Below, piece by piece: positions 37,601-51,650 of a DNA stretch of 64,000 nt (the first letter of the stretch is position 1; every line of letters begins with the position of its first letter). The notes beneath the pieces were generated by a model that was given only the letters and a program-made list of their open reading frames with translations, was not told the origin of the DNA and made no database searches. Both the position numbers and the translations under genes were made by a program. Source of the DNA: Chrysomallon squamiferum (Eukaryota; Animalia; Mollusca). The stretch covers positions 10,168,001-10,232,000 of the forward strand of contig CM022665.1 of the NCBI GenBank assembly GCA_012295275.1, given 5' to 3'.

Positions 37601-40600
37601 AATATAGATCCACATTGAAACTTAAAAACGACCGAAGCTAGGCCTTCTCAGAATTTCCATTTATCGGTTAATCAGCGCACGTAAGCTTAGTGACTACATC
37701 TCACGTAAGGGACATAACTCCAATCTATGTTTGTGAACACATATCACTAAAGGGAGGTAAGTGTAATCGACATAATTTTTAATTTGCTTAGTGACTAGAT
37801 CTCACGTAAGGGACGTAACTCTAATCTGTTGTGAGCACATATCACGAAATGGAAATAATTCTAATCGATGTGATTTTTTTCTCTGCTTAGTATACACACA
37901 CACAATCTTACACAAATAAAAACATCTACAATACAAAAAGAAACAAAATTGAATAAATTAAAAATTGGCAGAAAATTTAAAAACAAATAAATTCCAGAAT
38001 ATTAGTAAAATACAAAAAGAAATAATAAATTGGGATATTGAAAAACCGATTATATCAAATCAACCAATAAATTATTTTTCTTACTGATTTTTTTTTTATT
38101 ATAACAAGAATAAGGAAATTAGACAGGATGGAATAAATCAGTAAGTAAACAAATAGAGATCGACATTGAAACTTTAAAACGATCGAATCTCGGCGATTTT
38201 AGAGGTTCCATTTATCGGTTAATTAGCGTACGTAAGCTTAGTGACTACATCTCACGTAAGGGACATAACTCTAGTCTATGTTTGTGAACACATATCACTA
38301 AAGGGAGATAAGTCTAATCGACATAATTTTTAATTTGCTTAGTGAGTAGATCTCACGTAAGGAACGTAACTCTAATCTGTTGTGAACACATATCACGAAT
38401 AGGAAATAATTCTAATCGATGTGATTTTTTCTCTGCTTAGTATACACACACACACGGACACAGACAGACACAATCTTACACACATAAAAACCTCTGGTAC
38501 TTAATGCATATACAATACAAAAAGAAAGAAAATCGAATTAATTAAAAATTGGCAGAAAATTTAAAAACAAATAAATTCCAGAATATAAGTAAAAATCAAA
38601 AAGAAATAATAAATTGCGATATTGAAAAACCGATTATATCAAATCAGACAATAAATTATTTTGTTTACTGATTTTTTTTTATTATAACAAGAATAAGTAA
38701 ATTAGACAGGATGGAATAAATCAGTAAATAAACAAATAAAGATCGACATTGAAACTTTAAAACGATCGAATCTCGGCGATTTTAGAGGTTCCATTTATCG
38801 GTTAATTAGCGTACGTAAGCTTAGTGACTACATCTCACGTAAGGCACATAACTCTAATCTATGTTTGTGAACACATATCACTAAAGGGAGATAAGTCTAA
38901 TCGACATAATTTTTAATTTGCTTAGTGAGTAGATCTCACGTAAGGGACGTAACTCTAATCTGTTGTGAGCACATATCACGAAAAGGAAATAATTCTAATC
39001 GATGTGATTTTTTCTCTGCTTAGTATACACACACACACACACAGACACAATCTTACACACATAAAAACCTCTGGTACTTAATGCATATACAATACAAGAA
39101 GAAAGAAAATTGAATTAATTAAAAATTGGCAGAAAATTTAAAAACAAATAAATTCCAGAATATTAGTAAAAATCAAAAAGAAATAATAAATTGGGATATT
39201 GAAAAACCGATAATTTTTATATCAAATCAGACAATAAATTATTTTGTTTACTGATTTTTTTTATTATAACAAGAATAAGGAAATTAGTCGGGATGTAATA
39301 AATCTGTAAGGAAACAAATATAGATCCACATTGAAACTTAAAAACGACCGAAGCTAGGCCTTTTCAGAATTTCCATTTATCGGTTAATCAGCGCACGTAA
39401 GCTTAGTGATTTTCTACATCTCACGTAAGGGACATAACTCTAATCTATGTTTGTGAACACATATTTTGTAATCGACATAATTTTTAATTTGCTTAGTGAC
39501 TAGATCTCACGTAAGGGACGTAACTCTAATCTGTTTTGAGCACATATCACGAAATGGAAATAATTCTAATCGATGTGATTTTTTTCTCTGCTTAGTATAC
39601 ACACACACAATCTTACACAAATAAAAACATCTACAATACAAAAAGAAACAAAATTGAATAAATTAAAAATTGGCAGAAAATTTAAAAACAAATAAATTCC
39701 AGAATATTAGTAAAATACAAAAAGAAATAATAAATTGGGATATTGAAAAACCGATTATATCAAATCAGACAATAAATTATTTTGTTTACTGATTTTTTTT
39801 ATTATAACAAGAATAAGGAAATTAGTCGGGATGTAATAAATCTGTAAGGAAACAAATATAGATCCACATTGAAACTTAAAAACGACCGAAGCTAGGCCTT
39901 CTCAGAATTTCCATTCATCGGTTAATCAGCGCACGTAAGCTTAGTGACTACATCTCACGTAAGGGACATAACTCGAATCTATGCTTGTGAACACATATCA
40001 CTAAAGGGAGGTAAGTGTAATCGACATAATTTTTAATTTGCTTAGTCAGTAGATCTCACGTAAGGGACGTAACTCTAATCTGTTGTGAGCACATATCACG
40101 AAATGGAAATAATTCTAATCGATGTGATTTTTTTCTCTGCTTAGTATAAACACACACACGCACACACTCAGACACAGTCTTACACACATAAAAACCTCTG
40201 GTACTTAATGCGTTTACAATACAAAAAGAAACAAAATTGAATTAAATAAAAATTGACAGAAAATTTAAAAACAAATAAATTCCAGAATATTAGTAAAAAT
40301 CAAAAAGAAATAATAAATTGGGATATTGAAAAACCGATTATATCAAATCAGACAATAAATTATTTTGTTTACTGATTTTTTTTATTATAACAAGAATAAG
40401 GAAATTAGTCGGGATGTAATAAATCTGTAAGGAAACAAATATAGATCCACATTGAAACTTAAAAACGACCGAAGCTAGGCCTTCTCAGAATTTCCATTTA
40501 TCGGTTAATCAGCGCACGTAAGCTTAGTGACTACATCTCACGTAAGGGACATAACTCTAATCTATGTTTGTGAACACATATCACTAAAGGGAGGTAAGTG

Positions 40601-43600
40601 TAATCGACATAATTTTTAATTTGCTTAGTGACTAGATCTCACGTAAGGGACGTAACTCTAATCTGTTGTGAGCACATATCACGAAATGGAAATAATTCGA
40701 ATCGATGTGATTTTTTTCTCGGCTTAGTATACACACACACAATCTTACACAAATAAAAACCTCTACAATACAAAAAGAAATAAAATTGAATAAATTAAAA
40801 TTGGTAGAAAATTTAAAAACAAATAAATTCCAGAATATTAGTAAAATACAAAAAGAAATAATAAATTGGGATATTGAAAAACCGATTATATCAAATCAAC
40901 CAATAAATTATTTTTTTTACTGATTTTTTTTTTATTATAACAAGAATAAGGAAATTAGACAGGATGGAATAAATCAGTAAGTAAACAAATAGAGATCGAC
41001 ATTGAAACTTTAAAACGATCGAATCTCGGCGATTTTAGAGGTTCCATTTATCGGTTAATTAGCGTACGTAAGCTTAGTGACTACATCTCACGTATGGGAC
41101 ATAACTCTAATCTATGTTTGTGAAAACATATCACTAAAGGGAGGTAAGTGTAATCGACATAATTTTTAATTTGCTTAGTGAGTAGATCTCACGTAAGGGA
41201 CGTAACTCTAATCTGTTGTGAGCACATATCACGAAAAGGAAATAATTCTAATCGATGTGATTTTTTCTCTGCTTAGTATACACACACACACACAGACACA
41301 ATCTTACACACATAAAAAGCTCTGGTACTTAATGCATATACAATACAAGAAGAAAGAAAATTGAATTAATTAAAAATTGGCAGAAAATTTAAAAACAAAT
41401 AAATTCCAGAATATTAGTAAAATCCAAAAAGAAATAATAAATTGGGATATTGAAAAACCGATTATATCAAATCAGACAATAAATTATTTTGTTTACTGAT
41501 TTTTTTTATTATAACAAGAATAAGGAAATTAGTCGGGATGTAATAAATCTGTAAGGAAACAAATATAGATCCACATTGAAACTTAAAAACGACCGAAGCT
41601 AGGCCTTTTCAGAATTTCCATTTATCGGTTAATCAGCGTACGTAAGCTTAGTGACTACATCTCACGTAAGGGACATAACTCTAATCTATGTTTGTGAACA
41701 CATATCACTAAAGGGAGATAAGTCTAATCGACATAATTTTTAATCTCACGTAAGGGACGTAACTCTAATCTGTTGTGAGCACATATCACGAAAAGGAAAT
41801 AATTCTAATCGATGTTTTTTCTCTTCTTAGTATAAACACACACACGCACACACGCAGACACAATCTTACACACATAAAAACCTCTACAATACAAAAAGAA
41901 ACAAAATTGAATAAATTAAAAATTGGCAGAAAATTTAAAAACAAATAAATTCCAGAATATTAGTAAAATACAGAAAGAAATAATAAATTGGGATATTGAA
42001 AAACCGATTATATCAAATCAACCAATAAATTATTTGTTTTACTGATTTTTTTTTTTTATTATAACAAGAATAAGGAAATTAGACAGGATGGAATAAATCA
42101 GTAAGTAACCAATAGAGATCGACATTGAAACTTTAAAACGATCGAATCTCGGCGATTTTAGAGGTTCCATTTATCGGTTAATTAGCGTACGTAAGCTTAG
42201 TGACTACATCTCACGTAAGGGACATAACTCCAATCTATGTTTGTGAACACATATCATTAAAGGGAGATAAGTCTAATCGACATAATTTTTAATTTGCTTA
42301 GTGAGTAGATCCGACGTAAGGGACTTAACTCTAATCTATTGTGAGCACATATCACTAATAGGAAATAAGACTAATAGATATGATTTTTTTCTTTTCTTAG
42401 TACACACACACGCACCATCTTAGATACAGAAAAGCCTGTGGTACTTAATGCATATACAACACAAAAAGAAACATAATTGAATTAATTAAAATATGCCATA
42501 AAATTTAAAAACAAATAAATTCAGAATATTAATAAAATACAGAAAGAAATAATAAATTCTGATATTAAGAAACCGATTCTATCAAATCAGACAATAAATT
42601 ATTTTGTTTACTGATTTTTTTTTTCTTATAACAACAATAAGTAAATTAGACAGGATGGAATAAATCAGTAAGTAAACAAATAAAGATCGACTTTGAAACT
42701 TTAAAACGATCGAATCTCGGCGATTTTAGAGGTTCCATTTATCGGTTAATTAGCGTACGTAGGCTTAGTGACTACATCTCACTTAAGGGACATAACTCTA
42801 ATCTATGTTTGTGAACACAAATCACTAAAGGGAGATAAGTCTAATCGACATAATTTTTAATTTGCTTAGTGAGTAGATCTCACGTAAGGGACGTAACTCT
42901 AATCTGTTGTGAACACATATCACGAAAAGGAAATAATTCTAATCGATGTGATTTTTTCTCTGTTTAGTATACACACACACACACACACGCACACACACAA
43001 TCTTACACACATAAAACCTCTGGTACTTAATTCATATACAATACAGAAAGAAACAAAACTGAATTAATTAAAAATTGGCAGAAAATTTAAAAACAAATAA
43101 ATTCCAGAATATTAGTAAAATACAAAAATAAATAATAAATTGGGATATTGAAAAAACGATTATATCAAATCAGACAATAAATTTTTTTTTTTACTGATTT
43201 CGTTTTATTATAACAGGAATAAGGAAATTAGACACGATGGAATAAATCAGTAACTAAACAAATAAAGAGGTTTTAGAGGTTCCATTTATCGGTTAATTAG
43301 CGTACGTAAGCTTAGTGACTACATCTCACGTAAGAGACATAACTCTAATGTATGTTTGTGAACACATATCACTAAAGGGAGATAAGTCTAATCGACATAA
43401 TTTTTAATTTGCTTAGTGAGTAGATCTCACGTAAGGGACGTAACTCTAATCTATTGTGAGCACATATCACTAATAGGAAATAAGTCTAATAAATATGATT
43501 TTTTTCTTTCCTTAGTACAGACACACAAACACACACACACAAACACACAATCTTAGATACAGAAAAACCACTGGTACTTAATGCATATACAACACAAAAA

Positions 43601-46600
43601 GAAACATAATTGAATTAATTAAAATATGCCAGAAAATTTAAAAACAAATAAATTCAGAATATTAATAAAATACAGAAATAAATAATAAATTCTGATATTA
43701 AAGAACCGATTCTATCAAATGACACAATAAATTATTTTTTTTTACTCATTTTTTTTTATTATAACAAGAATAAGTAAATTAGACAGAATGGAATAAATCA
43801 GTAAGTAAACAAATAAAGATCGACTTTGAAACTTTAAAACGATCGAATCTCGGCGATTTTAGAGGTTCCATTTATCGGTTAATCAGCGTACGTAAGCTTA
43901 GTGACTACATCTCACGTAAGGGACATAACTCTAATCTATGTTTGTGAACACAAATCACTAAAGGGAGATAAGTCTAATCGACATAATTTTTAATTTGCTT
44001 AGTGAGTAGATCTCACGTAAGGGACGTAACTCTAATCTGTTGTGAGCACATATCACGAAAAGGAAATAATTCTAATCGATGTGATTTTTTCTCTGCTTAG
44101 TATAAACACACACACGCACACACACAGACACAATCTTACACACATAAAAGCCTCTGGTACTTAATGCATATACAATACAAGAAGAAAGAAAATTGAATTA
44201 ATTAAAAATTGGCAGAAAATTTAAAAACAAATAAATTCCAGAATATTAGTAAAAATCAAAAAGAAATAATAAATTGGGATATTGAAAAACCGATTATATC
44301 AAATCAGACAATAAATTATTTTGTTTACTGATTTTTTTTTTATTATAACAAGAATAAGTAAATTAGACAGGATGGAATAAATCAGTAAGTAAACAAATAA
44401 AGATCGACTTTGAAACTTTAAAACGATCGAATCTCGGCGATTTTAGAGGTTCCATTTATCGGTTAATTAGCGTATGTAAGCTTAGTGACTACATCTCACG
44501 TAAGGGACATAACTCTAATCTATGTTTGTGAACACATATCACTAAAGGGAGATAAGTCTAATCGACATAATTTTTAATTTGCTTAGTGAGTAGATCTCAC
44601 GTAAGGGACGTAACTCTAATCTGTTGTGAGCACATATCACGAAAAGGAAATAATTCTAATCGATGTGATTTTTTCTCTGCTTAGTATAAACACACACACG
44701 GACACACACAGACACAATCTTACACACATAAAAACCTCTGGTACTTAATGCATATACAATACAAGAAGAAAGAAAATTGAATTAATTAAAAATTGGCAGA
44801 AAATTTAAAAACAAATAAATTCCAGAATATTAGTAAAAATCAAAAAGAAATAATAAATTGGGATATTGAAAAACCGATTATATCAAATCAGACAATAAAT
44901 TATTTTGTTTACTGATTTTTTTTATTATAACAAGAATAAGTAAATTAGACAGGATGGAATAAATCAGTAAGTAAACAAATAAAGATCGACTTTGAAACTT
45001 TAAAACGATCGAATCTCGGCGATTTTAGAGGTTCCATTTATCGGTTAATTAGCGTATGTAAGCTTAGTGACTACATCTCACGTAAGGGACATAACTCTAA
45101 TCTATGTTTGTGAACACATATCACTAAAGGGAGATAAGTCTAATCGACATAATTTTTAATTTGCTTAGTGAGTAGATCTCACGTAAGGGACGTAACTCTA
45201 ATCTGTTGTGAGCACATATCACGAAAAGGAAATAATTCTAATCGATGTGATTTTTTCTCTGCTTAGTATACACACACACACACAGACACAATCTTACACA
45301 CATAAAAACCTCTGGTACTTAATGCATATACAATACAAGAAGAAAGAAAATTGAATTAATTAAAAATTGGCAGAAAATTTAAAAACAAATAAATTCCAGA
45401 ATATTAGTAAAATCAAAAAGAAATAATAAATTGGGATATTGAAAAACCGATTATATCAAATCAGACAATAAATTATTTTTTTTACTGATTTTTTTATTAT
45501 AACAAGAATAAGTAAATTAGACAGGATGGAATAAATCAGTAAGTAAACAAATAAAGATCGACTTTGAAACTTTAAAACGATCGAATCTCGGCGATTTTAG
45601 AGGTTCCATTTATCGGTTAATTAGCGTATGTAAGCTTAGTGACTACATCTCATGTAAGGGACATAACTCTAATCTATGTTTGTGAACACATATCACTAAA
45701 GGGAGATAAGTCTAATCGACATAATTTTTAATTTGCTTAGTGAGTAGATCTCACGTAAGGGACGTAACTCTAATCTGTTGTGAGCACATATCACGAAAAG
45801 GAAATAATTCTAATCGATGTGATTTTTTCTCTGCTTAGTATATACACACACACACACACAGACACAATCTTACACACATAAAAACCTCTGGTACTTAATG
45901 CATATACAATACAAGAAGAAAGAAAATTGAATTAATTAAAAATTGGCAGAAAATTTAAAAACAAATAAATTCCAGAATATTAGTAAAAATCAAAAAGAAA
46001 TAATAAATTGGGATATTGAAAAACCGATTATATCAAATCAGACAATAAATTATTTTGTTTACTGATTTTTTTTTTATTATAACAAGAATAAGGAAATTAG
46101 TCGGGATGTAATAAATCTGTAAGGAAACAAATATAGATCCACATTGAAACTTAAAAACGACCGAAGCTAGGCCTTTTCAGAATTTCCATTTATCGGTTAA
46201 TCAGCGTACGTAAGCTTAGTGACTACATCTCACGTAAGGGACATAACTCTAATCTATGCTTGTGAACACATATCACTAAAGGGAGATAAGTCTAATCGAC
46301 ATAATTTTTAATTTGCTTAGTGAGTAGATCTCACGTAAGGGACGTAACTCTAATCTGTTGTGAGCACATATCACGAAATGGAAATAATTCTAATCGATGT
46401 GATTTTTTTCTCTGCTTAGTATACACACACACAATCTTACACAAATAAAAACATCTACAATACAAAAAGAAACAAAACTGAATAAATTAAAAATTGGCAG
46501 AAAATTTAAAAACAAATAAATTCCAGAATATTAGTAAAATACAAAAAGAAATAATAAATTCGAATATTGAAAAACCGATTATATCAAATCAACCAATAAA

Positions 46601-49600
46601 TTATTTTTTTTACTGATTTTTTTTTATTATAACAAGAATAAGGAAATTAGACAGGATGGAATAAATCAGTAAGTAAACAAATAGAGATCGACATTGAAAC
46701 TTTAAAACGATCGAATCTCGGCGATTTTAGAGGTTCCATTTATCGGTTAATTAGCGTACGTAAGCTTAGTGACTACATCTCACGTAAGGGACATAACTCT
46801 AATCTATGTTTGTGAACACATATCACTAAAGGGAGATAAGTCTAATCGACATAATTGTTAATTTGGTTAGTGAGTAGATCTCACGTAAGGGACGTAACTC
46901 TAATCTGTTGTGAGCACATATCACGAAAAGGAAATAATTCTAATCGATGTGATTTTTTCTCTTCTTAGTATAAACACACACACGCACACACGCAGACACA
47001 ATCTTACACACATAAAAACCTCTACAATACAAAAAGAAACAAAATTGAATAAATTAAAAATTGGCAGAAAATTTAAAAACAAATAAATTCCAGAATATTA
47101 GTAAAATACAGAAAGAAATAATAAATTGGGATATTGAAAAACCGATTATATCAAATCAACCAATAAATTATTTGTTTTACTGATTTTTTTTTTTTATTAT
47201 AACAAGAATAAGGAAATTAGACAGGATGGAATAAATCAGTAAGTAACCAATAGAGATCGACATTGAAACTTTAAAACGATCGAATCTCGGCGATTTTAGA
47301 GGTTCCATTTATCGGTTAATTAGCGTACGTAAGCTTAGTGACTACATCTCACGTAAGGGACATAACTCCAATCTATGTTTGTGAACACATATCATTAAAG
47401 GGAGATAAGTCTAATCGACATAATTTTTAATTTGCTTAGTGAGTAGATCCGACGTAAGGGACTTAACTCTAATCTATTGTGAGCACATATCACTAATAGG
47501 AAATAAGACTAATAGATATGATTTTTTTTTTCTTTTCTTAGTACACACACACGCACCATCTTAGATACAGAAAAGCCTGTGGTACTTAATGCATATACAA
47601 CACAAAAAGAAACATAATTGAATTAATTAAAATATGCCATAAAATTTAAAAACAAATAAATTCAGAATATTAATAAAATACAGAAAGAAATAATAAATTC
47701 TGATATTAAGAAACCGATTCTATCAAATCAGACAATAAATTATTTTGTTTACTGATTTTTTTTTCTTATAACAACAATAAGTAAATTAGACAGGATGGAA
47801 TAAATCAGTAAGTAAACAAATAAAGATCGACTTTGAAACTTTAAAACGATCGAATCTCGGCGATTTTAGAGGTTCCATTTATCGGTTAATTAGCGTACGT
47901 AGGCTTAGTGACTACATCTCACTTAAGGGACATAACTCTAATCTATGTTTGTGAACACAAATCACTAAAGGGAGATAAGTCTAATCGACATAATTTTTAA
48001 TTTGCTTAGTGAGTAGATCTCACGTAAGGGACGTAACTCTAATCTGTTGTGAACACATATCACGAAAAGGAAATAATTCTAATCGATGTGATTTTTTCTC
48101 TGTTTAGTATACACACACACACACACACGCACACACACAATCTTACACACATAAAAACCTCTGGTACTTAATTCATATACAATACAGAAAGAAACAAAAT
48201 TGAATTAATTAAAAATTGGCAGAAAATTTAAAAACAAATAAATTCCAGAATATTAGTAAAATACAAAAATAAATAATAAATTGGGATATTGAAAAAACGA
48301 TTATATCAAATCAGACAATAAATTTTTTTTTTTTTACTGATTTCGTTTTATTATAACAGGAATAAGGAAATTAGACACGATGGAATAAATCAGTAACTAA
48401 ACAAATAAAGAGGTTTTAGAGGTTCCATTTATCGGTTAATTAGCGTACGTAAGCTTAGTGACTACATCTCACGTAAGAGACATAACTCTAATGTATGTTT
48501 GTGAACACATATCACTAAAGGGAGATAAGTCTAATCGACATAATTTTTAATTTGCTTAGTGAGTAGATCTCACGTAAGGGACGTAACTCTAATCTATTGT
48601 GAGCACATATCACTAATAGGAAATAAGTCTAATAAATATGATTTTTTTCTTTCCTTAGTACAGACACACAAACACACACACACAAACACACAATCTTAGA
48701 TACAGAAAAACCACTGGTACTTAATGCATATACAACACAAAAAGAAACATAATTGAATTAATTAAAATATGCCAGAAAATTTAAAAACAAATAAATTCAG
48801 AATATTAATAAAATACAGAAATAAATAATAAATTCTGATATTAAAGAACCGATTCTATCAAATGACACAATAATTTTTTTTTTTTTTTACTTTTTTTTTA
48901 TTATAACAAGAATAAGTAAATTAGACAGAATGGAATAAATCAGTAAGTAAACAAATAAAGATCGACTTTGAAACTTTAAAACGATCGAACCTCGGCGATT
49001 TTAGAGGTTCCATTTATCGGTTAATCAGCGTACGTAAGCTTAGTGACTACATCTCACGTAAGGGACATAACTCTAATCTATGTTTGTGAACACATATCAC
49101 TAAAGGGAGATAAGTCTAATCGACATAATTTTTAATTTGCTTAGTGAGTAGATCTCACGTAAGGGACGTAACTCTAATCTGTTGTGAGCACATATCACGA
49201 AAAGGAAATAATTCTAATCGATGTGATTTTTTCTCTGCTTAGTATAAACACACACACGGACACACACAGACACAATCTTACACACATAAAAACCTCTGGT
49301 ACTTAATGCATATACAATACAAGAAGAAAGAAAATTTAATTAATTAAAAATTGGCAGAAAATTTTAAAACAAATAAATTCCAGAATATTAGTAAAAATCA
49401 AATAGAAATAATAAACTGGGATATTGAAAAACGATTATATCAAATCAGACAATAAATTATTTTGTTTACTGATTTTTTTTATTATAACAAGAATAAGTAA
49501 ATTAGACAGGATGGAATAAATCAGTAAGTAAACAAATAAAGATCGACTTTGAAACTTTAAAACGATCGAATCTCGGCGATTTTAGAGGTTCCATTTATCG

Positions 49601-51603
49601 GTTAATTAGCGTATGTAAGCTTAGTGACTACATCTCACGTAAGGGACATAACTCTAATCTATGTTTGTGAACACATATCACTAAAGGGAGATAAGTCTAA
49701 TCGACATAATTTTTAATTTGCTTAGTGAGTAGATCTCACGTAAGGGACGTAACTCTAATCTGTTGTGAGCACATATCACGAAAAGGAAATAATTCTAATC
49801 GATGTGATTTTTTCTCTGCTTAGTATACACACACAGACACAGACACAATCTTACACACATAAAAACCTCTGGTACTTAATGCATATACAATACAAAAAGA
49901 AAGAAAATTGAATTAATTAAAAATTGGCAGAAAATTTAAAAACAAATAAATTCCAGAATATTAGTAAAAATCAAAAAGAAATAATAAATTGGGATATTGA
50001 AAAACCGATTATATAAAATCAGACAATAAATTATTTTGTTTACTGATTTTTTTTTTATTATAACAAGAATAAGGAAATTAGTCGGGATGTAATAAATCTG
50101 TAAGGAAACAAATATAGATCCACATTGAAACTTAAAAACGACCGAAGCTAGGCCTTTTCAGAATTTCCATTTATCGGTTAATCAGCGTACGTAACCTTAG
50201 TGACTACATCTCACGTAAGGGACATAACTCTAATCTATGTTTGTGAACACATATCACTAAAGGAAGGTAAGTGTAATTGACATAATTTTTAATTTGCTTA
50301 GTGACTAGATCTCACGTAAGGGACGTAACTCTAATCTGTTGTGAGCACATATCACGAAATGGAAATAATTCTAATCGATGTGATTTTTTTCTCTGCTTAG
50401 TATACACACACACACAATCTTACACAAATAAAAACCTCTACAATACAAAAAGAAACAAAATTGAATAAATTAACAATTGGCAGAAAATTTAAAAACAAAT
50501 AAATTCCAGAATATTAGTAAAATACAAAAAGAAATAATAAATTCGAATATTGAAAAACCGATTATATCAAATCAACCAATAAATTATTTTTTTTACTGAT
50601 TTTTTTTTTTATTATAACAAGAATAAGGAAATTAGACAGGATGGAATAAATCAGTAAGTAAACAAATAGAGATCGACATTGAAACTTTAAAACGATCGAA
50701 TCTCGGCGATTTTAGAGGTTCCATTTATCGGTTAATTAGCGTACGTAAGCTTAGTGACTACATCTCACGTAAGGGACATAACTCTAATCTATGTTTGTGA
50801 ACACATATCACTAAAGGGAGATAAGTCTAATCGACATAATTTTTAATTTGGTTAGTGAGTAGATCTCACGTAAGGGACGTAACTCTAATCTGTTGTGAGC
50901 ACATATCACGAAAAGGAAATAATTCTAATCGATGTGATTTTTTCTCTTCTTAGTATAAACACACACACGCACACACGCAGACACAATCTTACACACATAA
51001 AAACCTCTACAATACAAAAAGAAACAAAATTGAATAAATTAAAAATTGGCAGAAAATTTAAAAACAAATAAATTCCAGAATATTAGTAAAATACAGAAAG
51101 AAATAATAAACTGGGATATTGAAAAACCGATTATATCAAATCAACCAATAAATTATTTGTTTTACTGATTTTTTTTTTTTTTGTATTATAACAAGAATAA
51201 GGAAATTAGACAGGATGGAATAAATCAGTAAGTAACCAATAGAGATCGACATTGAAACTTTAAAACGATCGAATCTCGGCGATTTTAGAGGTTCCATTTA
51301 TCGGTTAATTAGCGTACGTAAGCTTAGTGACTACATCTCACGTAAGGGACATAACTCTAATCTATGTTTGTGAACACATATCATTAAAGGGAGATAAGTC
51401 TAATCGACATAATTTTTAATTTGTTTAGTGAGTAAATTTCACGTAAGGGACCTAACTTTAATCTGTTTGTGAGCACATACCACTAAAGGGAGATAAGTAT
51501 AATCGATATAATTTTTACTTTTCTCAGTGAGTAGATCTCACGTAAGGGACCTAACTCTAATCTGTTTCTGAGCAAATACCACACACCCACACACAGACAC
51601 AAA

Positions 51604-51650
<47 letters not shown>

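Noticed and set aside
39200-39475. One array unit with repeated TTTT insertions or replacements, suggestive of targeted editing
   Set aside because: Confined to a single unit and typical of consensus or polishing errors in repeats. It cannot be interpreted without the reads.
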